Below, piece by piece: positions 7,871 to 17,397 of a stretch of 64,000 nt of DNA; position 1 is the first letter of the stretch, and every line of letters begins with the position of its first letter. The position numbers and the translations under genes are program-made. The DNA is from Histomonas meleagridis 2922-C6/04-290x. Its lineage: Eukaryota; Protista; Parabasalia. The notes under the pieces are model-generated. The model saw only the letters and a list, made by a program, of their open reading frames with translations. It did not search any database and had not been told where the DNA came from. Where the stretch lies: the NCBI GenBank assembly GCA_020184695.1, contig JAANOX010000099.1:186001-250000 (forward strand). Direction: 5' to 3'.

Positions 7871-10800
7871 ATGAATGATAATCAAGTTTTTCACGATGTT
7901 AATGCAAATTTCTCTAAAAAATCAAAAAAGAACTCAAAAGATTCTGGTGTATATTTAACATTACTTACTTCACTTCAAAAAATCATATTTAATTTAACTG
8001 ATGAAAATTTTGATTTAGCTATTGAACAAACAATAAAATTATTTGATAAGAAATTTCCATATTCATTTAATGTTACTATAAGTAATTTGATATATTTATC
8101 ATTTTATTCACATAAGAATTCATATTTAAGTGATTTATATATCAAATATTTAGAAAAAATTCAAACAAAAGAAGAAATAGAACAAAGTTATCTAAAAGTT
8201 ATTACAATTTTTATTGATTATATATGTGGAATTAAATCACAAGAATCATATTATTTAATTGAGAAAATGATTGAACAAAAAATAATTGAAACAAATATTA
8301 TCAAAAATATAAAAACAAATTATTTCATCCATCATAGATCAAAAAAGTATCCACATATTTATTCCAAAAATGATCCAATATATATTTTTCTTATGAAAAA
8401 CTATAAAGAACTTTCAAAGAATGATTGGGAAATTCATAAACAATTAATTCAAGAAGGACAAAATCCAAATGAAATTGCGAAAATAATTCGAAATGATGAA
8501 ATAGAAAAACTTCAAGAAATATCATCACAAAATGATTTTTATTTTAACCAAAGAATTAAACCATCACTTTATGAAAGGTGTTCATTTATTAATCAAGAAA
8601 ATGTTACATTAATTGATTATGCAGCATTTTTTTCTGCTGTTAAATGCTTTAAATATTTACTTATGAATGATTCTAAAATAGATAACACAGGTAAATATGC
8701 AATTGCAGGTGGAAATTTAGAAATTATTCATTTATGTGAACAAAATCATATCTCTTTTCAAAATGCATATGAAACAGCAATTATATTTCATCAAAATGAT
8801 ATCTTTAAATATCTTTATGAAAATAAAATAGAAGAATACGCTCAACAAAAAGAAAATGATTTAAAATTTCTTTGCATTAAATATGGAAACTATGAACTTC
8901 TATCATTTTTAGAAGACATTTCCAGTAAAGGATTTAATGATTCTATCTTCAAAGAGTCAGCAAGAACTGGTAACTTGTATCTTGTTAAACATTTTCTACC
9001 AAGAAATATCATTACAGTGGATCTTTTATGTAAATCTTCGGAATCAAAAAATTTTGAACTTGTTCAGTATATTCTTAAACAGAAAAGAAGTAATATTAAT
9101 GCTAAAGACTTAAATTTATTTTGTTTTATTTTCGTTTTAATAATTTTATGTTTCATAATAATATTAGGAAAATATTTAAATCATTTTCAACAGCACTTAT
9201 GTATGCAACTCAAAATGGTAATACAAGAACAGTTAAATTACTTCTTGAACAAAAGGGAATTAATATTAATGACAGAAATAATATTTGATTTGTTAAAAGG
9301 AAATTTGGAAATAATTTTTGGAAATTTTTTCAAATATTTAAAACAGCACTTATATTGGCATCTGAAAAACGATATACAGAAATAGTTGAATTACTTATTG
9401 AGAAAGAGGGAAAAGATGTTACAATTAATGATAGTTATTTGTTATGATTAATGCTTCCCTGTTAAATTTAATATTGTTAAATTTGTTTTGGGAATTATTA
9501 AAATTATTTGAAAATGCACTAATGAAAGCATCGCGTTATGGTTATATTGATATAATTCAATTACTTTTTAAACAAGGGGAAATTGATATCAATTCAAAGG
9601 ATTTTTATATGTTATATTTAAAATTTAATTTATTTTATTGTTGTTTGATAATAAAATTTAAAAATTCTTCCATTTTTTTAGAACAGCGCTTTTTCATGCA
9701 TCTTCAAAATATCAGACAAAAGTAGTCAAATTACTTCTTGAACAAGAAGGAATTGATATTAATGCTAAAGATATTTATTTGTTTTATTTAATATTTATTT
9801 TAATAATTTTATATTTCAAAATAATAATTGGAAATTATTTAAATTATTTCTAACAGTATTAATATTAGCATCTAAAAAAAGTTATATTGAAATAGTTAAA
9901 TTACTTATTGAACAAGAAGGAATTGATATTAATGCTAAAGATATTTGCTTGTTTTATTTAATATTTATTTTAATAATTTTCTATTTCAAGATAATATTTG
10001 GAAATTATTTAAATTATTTTATACAGCACTTATTTGGGCATCTTATTACGGTAATACAGAAATAGTTAAATTACTTCTTGAACAAGAAGGAATTGATATT
10101 AATGCTAAAGATATTTATTTGTTTTATTTAATATTTATTTTAATAATTTTATATTTCAAAATGATATTTGGTAATTATTTAAATTATTTAAAACATCACT
10201 TATTTTAGCATCTGAAAATGGTCGTACAGAAATCGTTAAATTACTTCTTGAACAAGAAGGAATTGATATTAATGCTAAAGATATTTATTTGTTTTATATG
10301 AAATTTATTTTAATAATTTAATATTTCAAAATAATATTTGGAAATCATTTAAATTATTTTGGACAGCACTTATGTGGGCATCTTATAATGGTCATACAGA
10401 AATAGTTAAATTACTTCTTGAACAAGAAGGAATTGATATTAATGCTAAAGATATTTATTTGTTTTATTTAATATTTATTTTAATAATTTTATATTTCAAA
10501 ATAATATTTGGAAATTATTTAAATTATTTAATACAGCACTTATGTGGGCATCTAAATATGGTCATACAGAAATAGTTAAATTACTTCTTGAAAAAGAGAA
10601 TATTGATATTAATGCTAAAGATATTTATTTGTTTTATTTAAAATTTATATTTCAAAATAATATTTGGAAATTATTTAAATAATTTAATACAGCACTTATT
10701 TATGCATCTGATGAAGGTTATACAGAAATAGTTAAATTACTTCTTGAACAAGAAGGAATTGATATTAATGCTAAAGATAAAATTTATTTGTTTTATTTAA

Positions 10801-11236
10801 AATTTATTTTAATAATTTTATATTTCAAAATAATATTTGAAAATTATTGAAATTATTTGATACAGCACTTATGTGGGCATCTTATAAAGGTCATACAGAA
10901 ATCGTTCAATTACTTTTTGAACAAGAAGGAATTGATATTAATGCTAAAAATGAAATTTATTTTAATAATTTTATATTTCAAAATAATATTTGGAAATTAT
11001 TTAAATTATTTAGAACAGCACTTATTTTGGCATCTTCAGAAGGTCATACAGAAATAGTTAAATTACTTCTTGAACAAGAAGGAATTGATATTAATGCTAA
11101 AGATATTTATTTGTTTTATTTAGAATTTATATTTCAAAATAATATTTAAAAATCATTTAAATTATTTAATACAGCACTTATGCATGCATCTTCAAGAGGT
11201 CATACAGAAATAGTTAAATTACTCTTAGAAAAGTAA
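7871..11236 (+). CDS. Split ankyrin-repeat gene A: DUF3447-type N-terminal region plus 13 interrupted repeats
   Basis: Open 7871-9109, then repeat blocks starting at 9190, 9343, 9513, 9683, 9853, 10023, 10193, 10363, 10533, 10689, 10862, 11015 and 11171 (the first 12 are 90 nt; all stop-free). Thirteen spacers (8x80, 83, 2x66, 2x63 nt). The last block ends LLLEK-TAA(A). About 846 aa if the spacers are processed as modelled. Confidence 0.8.
9110..11236 (+). repeat. 170-bp-period tandem array (90-nt ankyrin block plus 80-nt spacer)
   Basis: Near-identical units, e.g. GAAATAGTTAAATTACTTCTTGAACAAGAAGGAATTGATATTAATGCTAAAGATATTTATTTGTTTTATT recurring every 170 nt. Confidence 0.97.
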
Positions 11237-11519
11237 AACATTTATCCATTATGTAAAGCTTTTTATTTCTTTCCCATGAAAATCAGATTTGGAACAATTA
11301 ATTGGTTTGTTAAAATAAACAAAGAATAAAATGATTATTAATAGAAAGGAATTTTAAAAAATATTTGAGACTTTTGCCTAATTTGTTATATTTTAAATTC
11401 TTCATAATTGTTTCCAAGGAAAAAATCGTGTGAGCTTGATGGATATGGTTCTGTGCCATACTATGCCCATCATTCGATCGGTAATAGTATTCAAAAAGTC
11501 GAAATTTGATTGGTTAATT

Positions 11520-12040
11520 TTGTGTCTTTTTATGAAATTCTTTTAGCATTGTTTTCTTCGCTCTCTAAAACACAGGTATATTTTTGAATTTCTGAAATTC
11601 GTAGAGGAGAAAAGACCTTCAGATTATAGAGTCCCCTGGGAGACCGTTATAAGAAGATATATCTGAAAAAATTTTATACTGACTTGATATTGATCCATAT
11701 ATTTCAATTCAAAGATTAGCACACCTCTTTGGCCATCATCTATTTACTATCAAAACTCATTTAATTGAACATTTAGGGTACAAAAAATATTATAGACGGT
11801 GGTTCCCCCGCATGCCGACAAGTGATATGAAAAAGAAAAGGGTTTTCACTTTTAAAATTCCAAAAAGAAGGATATCGCCACATTATAACATGTAATGAGT
11901 TTTGGTTTTATTTAAGGTCCTTTCATAAATTTATTTATGCACAATCTCGAGAAAAAGTTGAAAATATTCCGAAAAGGTTAATTTAGGAACCAAGTAAACA
12001 CCAAAGATCCTTTTATATAATTTTGTGTTTCGCTATTAAA
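11520..12040 (+). mobile_element. Degenerate mariner-family transposase relic
   Basis: Frameshifted translation SLSKTQVYF*ISEIRRG...GRP...IDPYISIQRLAHLFGHHLFTIKTHLIEHLGYKKYYRRWFPRMPTSDMKKKRV...IITCNEFWFYL. This matches the mariner HTH region, the LGxxKxxxRWVP motif and the IxTGDESW first catalytic Asp motif (D to N). No TIRs recognised. Confidence 0.8.
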
Positions 12041-12282
12041 CCTTTTTTTAATTCTATAGCAAAACTTTCTCAAAAAGTTAATTTGGCACTCTTTTGCACT
12101 TACATGCACTTGAACAAAAGGTTTCCAAATCATTCATGAGGTAACAATTTATTTACTTAATGTATTTAACAAGCTAAATAATTCTGAAGTTTACAAATAC
12201 CACTTTTAGTTATCTTCACTTTTCAAAAGGGTGGTAACGGTCTTCAGAAACAAAGCGCCATTTAAGAAAACCTTTGCTTAAA

Positions 12283-13473
12283 ATGCTTTTTTTAACATTA
12301 TTAATTTATTCAAAGAGCTATTGCACACCATTATATAAACAAGCAGAAACACCGCCAGGGTATAATGTAAGACATGTTTCAATTATTTTTAAACATGGGA
12401 TGCGTGCACCTATTGACAAAATTCCAGGACATGACATACCTTGGAATTGCACCGGAGAAGAATGGCTTTACCCAGGAGGAAATTCGTTAAACGATGAACA
12501 TAAGTTTAAAAATCAATTTATTATTAAAACTATTCCACATCAGAGTTTTCTCCGCGGAACTTGTCGTGCAGGTGAATTACTTAACCAAGGGATTGAGCAA
12601 ATGAATAATTTAGGTGATTATTTACAATCAAATTACAAATCTTTATTATCAACTCTTGATTCTAGGCGATCTTTTTCATTTCGATCCACTTACACCAACA
12701 GATGTCTTGCATCTATTCAAACCGTTGCTCAAAAGCTATTACCAGGAGAAGATCCAGTTGATGTTTTCGTTGCAAACGAAGAGCTTGAATCACTCGTGCC
12801 AAATAGTTATTTATGTCCCAAGCTTGGTTCATTATATCGCGATGTTCAAACACCTAATTCCACCTTTTCCAAAAAAATGAAGATTTTCAATAATCACCTC
12901 AATCATATCAAAAACATTAGCAATATCACAGTCGTTCCACATTGGTCAAGAATTGGGGAGCTTCTCATCACTCGTCATTGTGCTAATCAACATCTTCCAG
13001 GGAAATTCACCAATGAATTTATGGCCGAATCTGCAAATCTTTTAGTAGATTTCTATATGGGTGTTATGAACCTTACAAAGGGTAGATCCTTTTCGTCCGG
13101 ATTATTATTATCTGACATATATTTGGACATGCGCGATTATCTTTCAGGTGCAAAGAAATCGCAATTTACGCTCATATGTGGCCATACATTAACAATAGTT
13201 TCGCTTTTAGCTTCTCTAAATGAGACAGTAACATTTCCTGAATTTGGGAAATTTGTTGCGTTTGAAGTCTTAGAAAAAAACGAAAATCCAAATTCTCATT
13301 TAGTAAGAATTTTATTAAATGGTGAAGTATTAAAAACAATGGAATTTAAAGAATTCGAAAAAATGGTACTTCAAATGAGGCCTAAAGAAGAAGAATGCGG
13401 AATTCGGTACCCGTTCTTAGAAAAAGATAAAGGGGATCCTGGAATTAAGTTACTCCATTACGCCTTCTCTTGA
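12283..13473 (+). CDS. Histidine acid phosphatase family protein (variant active site)
   Basis: Signal peptide; KHGMRAP in place of RHGxRxP; RSTYTNRCLAS; GHT in place of the HD motif. Confidence 0.85.
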   Translation: MLFLTLLIYSKSYCTPLYKQAETPPGYNVRHVSIIFKHGMRAPIDKIPGHDIPWNCTGEEWLYPGGNSLNDEHKFKNQFIIKTIPHQSFLRGTCRAGELLNQGIEQMNNLGDYLQSNYKSLLSTLDSRRSFSFRSTYTNRCLASIQTVAQKLLPGEDPVDVFVANEELESLVPNSYLCPKLGSLYRDVQTPNSTFSKKMKIFNNHLNHIKNISNITVVPHWSRIGELLITRHCANQHLPGKFTNEFMAESANLLVDFYMGVMNLTKGRSFSSGLLLSDIYLDMRDYLSGAKKSQFTLICGHTLTIVSLLASLNETVTFPEFGKFVAFEVLEKNENPNSHLVRILLNGEVLKTMEFKEFEKMVLQMRPKEEECGIRYPFLEKDKGDPGIKLLHYAFS

Positions 13474-13861
13474 GTTAAGATATTTTGTTTGTAAAAAAAT
13501 ATTTTGATGTAAATTGGATTACTTTTTGATTGTGAATGAGCGGTTTTGCATTCAAACGGTTTTATCGTTTCTTAAGCTTCTTAGTAAAGAACATAAAATA
13601 TCTTTTTCGTTAACAATCATTCCAATTTTGTATCTAAATCCACACGAAACGTATTGTGGTCACTTTGTTTTTCTATTGAAGAAAATATTTTTTGACTATT
13701 GTATTGTATTTACTTATTCACTTTTATAACCACATTTTAACATTGTTTTTAGAATGAGATATTATGAGGAATTGGATTTGTGCCTTAATATTTTTACTGT
13801 AATGCTCTTTCTTGCGTGTTGTTCGCACATTTTATGGCGGTTTCATTCAATTTTTCAAGTA

Positions 13862-16402
13862 ATGTCCGAAGAAGTAGAAGAATTAAAGCAGTTAGCTGAA
13901 ATACAAGCAAACCTTTATACAGTTGAACAACTTTTAAATTCTCAACAAGCTAAACATGATCAGTTAACAGAAGAAACACTTTCTTATTCGAATGATTTAA
14001 TTAGTGAATTAAGACTTCTGAGTTTAATCCGATATCGCTTTCTTTGCGATAAAACAGGCTATGAAAAAGGGATATTAAGATCCCAAGAGCTTCATGAAAA
14101 ACTTTCATTTTCTGCTCTAGAGTATTGTCCATCTTTTTTTGACTCAAATGTTTTAAATCACTATATTACATTTATTTCATTTCTTCGGTCACATCTTGAT
14201 ATACTTGCGGAATGTCTTTATTCTTATTCTCAAAAATATCCACAAAAAATCACTCGCATTTCGTCCTTATTTCTTAGTATTTTCCAACAAGGCTGGTGTA
14301 AAGAAGAAGATCATCTTTTATTTCTTACACTTAGACAATTAGCCATATTACAATTTGAACGAAAGTCACAAATCCAATTTAATGTCAAAGAAAATGTTCT
14401 TAATCCTCCACGGTTTTCACCTTCCAAAATTCTTTCCATGCTTGAACCACTTTCATCTTTTGTTACTTCATATTTGTTTAATGGAGCATCATTTTCATAT
14501 CTTCAATGTGCTCTTAGTCATGTTGTTACTATTCTTCATTCGTTATCACGCCTACGAAATCTTCGTAATCAATTTTCGACCAATTCTGAAAGCAACACTT
14601 ATGCTGCCATGGAATATTGGACGGTTATTTGCGACAATGCACTTTTATGTTTTGACTCGCTTATTCGCTGTATGGATTTGCTTCCTCCTGGGGTACCCCA
14701 ACTTTTTCGGTTTATCCGACAATTTGAGAATGGCAATGAAAAATGCATGTTATTATTTTTTGAATCATTTGTCTGTCGTGCCCTTGACAATCCACAATTA
14801 TTAGGATTGTTACCATGGCATCCAGGCAATGTAGAATGGTCACCAACGCGAGATATAACAGCAGTCTTTCGATCTAAGTATGGGAAATATTCGATTTCAT
14901 CATATCGAAATTGTTTAGACATCTTTCAAAACCCACTTACGCATGTATTATCATTAATACCTGCGTATGAAAAGATTAATTTCGACATATTTTTAGACGC
15001 GTTAACAAACACTAAGAAACGTCATGATCAATTAATATCAGAATGTGAACTTTTATATACGAATCCGAACTTTCCAAAAGAGTTAGTAATTACTGCTCGA
15101 GATCTTTGTGTATTACATTTAGCAGCGCTTTCAATCCCTAAGAACAAAGTCAACAACAAAAACTTCGAAAAGATTTTAGATCTCTTAAATAACATTCCAG
15201 AGAAGAACGAATATATTAATGAACATTTTAAAATTGTATTGTTACGACAAAAAGAAGTAACAATTGCAGCTAAATCAGTCCGAACTAAATCACTTTTCTC
15301 ATTTGATGAAGAAGTTAGCACAACGAATTTACTTAACTTTCCATTCGAGAATTACTTCTGTGACATCATTGCTAATTTCCCATCATTTGCAGTAAGTATA
15401 TCATCATTTAAGCCGAAGAATGCGAAAGAGTTCTTTGAGAAGATGCGAATTGTTGCTCCGTATTTTGTCTCCGAGAAATTATTAACACAATCGGATGCAT
15501 TATTTTATTATGCGATTAATAACACTAAATCAATCTCATCATTATTTCCTAAGATATATGAAATCATTAATCAACGTAATTCATATGCAATGAATTCCGC
15601 TGATAAAACGTCGGCATTACGAATACATTATCAACGTATTACATCATCATTATCCGCTGTGAAGAAAATGCGTGAGAATGTACAAGGTTATATGTTATCG
15701 AATGTTGCACGATATTTAATACGTAATGACTTAAACTATTGCTTCAAAATCGTAATGTCGAAAAGTATTAACTTCTTATCAAACACTGAAATCCTTAAGC
15801 AATCATTTTTGGACTTAAAAGAAATCGCATCGAATGTATTAGAGCCTTATAAACTATTACCACAACAATGTTCATTAATATATCGAATATTGTTTTTTTT
15901 GATGACTGATCACGTATCATTTCGTAGATTCGTATTAAGTGATCAAAGCGTTTGGAAGAAGTCAGTGATCATCTCAACAATAATCGAAAACAATCACGAC
16001 GAAATTATTAATGAAATACTTTCGAATTGTAAAGAACAATTCGTATTAAGAGAAAAGTACTTGCAAAGAGCAAGTGACTTACTCGGACACATTCAGCCCA
16101 ACTCTGGTATAGCTGTCATTCTTTATTACGTAGTGGAATCGATTGACATTTTGACTGAGTTGGAATTATATTGTGAAAATATCCAAATTAATAACTTCAT
16201 ACTGTGGGTTTTGGTGTCTGCGAGAGTAAAACATATTTATGGAATCGCAAAGTTCATAGAACACTTCTTCTTGAAGAGCTCGTTCTTGGAAACTTTGCTC
16301 TCGAACGCTGAGATGAAATACTTGGGAATATTCTGCTCGTCGGTTTCGATGATTTTGGGAATTTGTGGAAAATATGACAAAAGAATTAGATCGTGGAAAT
16401 GA
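13862..16402 (+). CDS. RasGAP-like plus VPS9-like domain protein (GAPVD1/RME-6-like architecture)
   Basis: LLPPGVPQLFRF...LFFESFVCRALDNPQLLG is RasGAP-fold-like; the C-terminal region (ILWVLVSARVKHIYGIAKFIEHF) resembles VPS9. The start at MSEEVEEL is inferred; the ORF is open from 13754. Confidence 0.55.
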   Translation: MSEEVEELKQLAEIQANLYTVEQLLNSQQAKHDQLTEETLSYSNDLISELRLLSLIRYRFLCDKTGYEKGILRSQELHEKLSFSALEYCPSFFDSNVLNHYITFISFLRSHLDILAECLYSYSQKYPQKITRISSLFLSIFQQGWCKEEDHLLFLTLRQLAILQFERKSQIQFNVKENVLNPPRFSPSKILSMLEPLSSFVTSYLFNGASFSYLQCALSHVVTILHSLSRLRNLRNQFSTNSESNTYAAMEYWTVICDNALLCFDSLIRCMDLLPPGVPQLFRFIRQFENGNEKCMLLFFESFVCRALDNPQLLGLLPWHPGNVEWSPTRDITAVFRSKYGKYSISSYRNCLDIFQNPLTHVLSLIPAYEKINFDIFLDALTNTKKRHDQLISECELLYTNPNFPKELVITARDLCVLHLAALSIPKNKVNNKNFEKILDLLNNIPEKNEYINEHFKIVLLRQKEVTIAAKSVRTKSLFSFDEEVSTTNLLNFPFENYFCDIIANFPSFAVSISSFKPKNAKEFFEKMRIVAPYFVSEKLLTQSDALFYYAINNTKSISSLFPKIYEIINQRNSYAMNSADKTSALRIHYQRITSSLSAVKKMRENVQGYMLSNVARYLIRNDLNYCFKIVMSKSINFLSNTEILKQSFLDLKEIASNVLEPYKLLPQQCSLIYRILFFLMTDHVSFRRFVLSDQSVWKKSVIISTIIENNHDEIINEILSNCKEQFVLREKYLQRASDLLGHIQPNSGIAVILYYVVESIDILTELELYCENIQINNFILWVLVSARVKHIYGIAKFIEHFFLKSSFLETLLSNAEMKYLGIFCSSVSMILGICGKYDKRIRSWK

Positions 16403-17397
16403 TAATTTGTGGTTTGGAATTTTATAAAGAAATAAAAGAAATTGTTTAATAAATTCGTTCGTTTTTGGCGTCGATGTAAAACCTTTTTTCCGTACGGTAG
16501 AATGTTAAACAAAAATATATTGGAAAATGTTCATTATTATGGAGTTATGGATAAAATAATTTATAAATTCATTTCTATCAAAATTGTAGAAGATTAACAT
16601 TTTGAATTTTTTGTAAAAAATACAAATGAATAATTTAATCCTTCTATTCGATAATATAATTCTTTAAAAAAATTCAGGAATTGTATGAATTATAGAAGAT
16701 ATTTAATAAATTTTGCATCCGATATTCTTAAAGCAAAAATTGACTACATAATTGTTTTTTGCTTATTAATATTCTTTGATGTTTTATGATTTTCATATGT
16801 TTTTGACTAAGTGTGTTAGATATTGGAGAGAATTAACGTTCGCTTTTTTTTTCTAATCGAAAAATCTTACCTAAAAATCATTTTAATGACTCAAGATGTC
16901 TCGTTCTGATGAATGATAACTACCCGTTGTAGCAAAATCAAACAAAATATTTTTGATGATATAGAGAAAAAATGTAATCTTAAAAATAATTGAATCAAAA
17001 AAATTTTAAAATTAAAATATCTCAAAATCATCAGGATAATTTCCAAAAATACTTGAGTCTTCCGGAAAGAAAACTAGAATATAATATTTTATTTTATTAG
17101 TTAGCTAAAGGTCAAAATGTCAAAACCGCTTTATACCTTTGTTGCAGTAAAATTCGAACAAAGTTAGTCAATTCACAAACCTTTTTTATGTTTCCATAAT
17201 TTTCTATTCAATTATCACCAAACTAAAACAAGAATATCTTCCAAAACAAAATAGATCTCACGAAATAGGTAGAACTCGAAAAATCTCATTTTTTTATTTT
17301 TTATCATATATCGACATCATACAAAAAATCATAATTTTGGAGCTGTTATGAACTGTGCATTGACTAAACGATCAGAAACGATAGACTACGATCTTCC

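Noticed and set aside
10451-10509. Single excision between ATATTT direct repeats giving D-IWKLFKLFN-TAL
   Set aside because: It is in frame in some units but hits stops in many others (TGG TAA, AAA TAA, ATT TAA, ATT TGA) and adds 5 non-consensus residues.
10451-10534. U12-type AT-AC intron (G|ATATTT...AC|A)
   Set aside because: The phases are incompatible (gives K-E-H-L), there is no ATATCCTT or CCTTAAC consensus, and AC is missing in N-A-L and S-S-L units.
10461-10536. Canonical GT-AG intron in the ankyrin spacers (TT|GTTTT...ACAG|CA)
   Set aside because: The donor is phase 2 and the acceptor phase 1, so the frame is not restored. It would delete the Thr of TAL, and GT and AG are absent in many copies (ACT GCA, AAT GCA, AGC TCA).
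9444-11149. Short ORF-track entries within the ankyrin arrays (also 36376-39795 and 41997-42194) as separate genes
   Set aside because: They are read-through pieces of one repeat block plus translated spacer.
9110-11170. Matched-codon translational bypassing (T4 gene 60 or byp type) as the mechanism
   Set aside because: Putative take-off and landing triplets do not covary across copies, and the second jump has no matching codon. Unmatched bypassing is not excluded.
9110-11236. CRISPR-like array
   Set aside because: Both halves of each unit are repeated, one half encodes ankyrin, the context is eukaryotic, and there are no cas genes.
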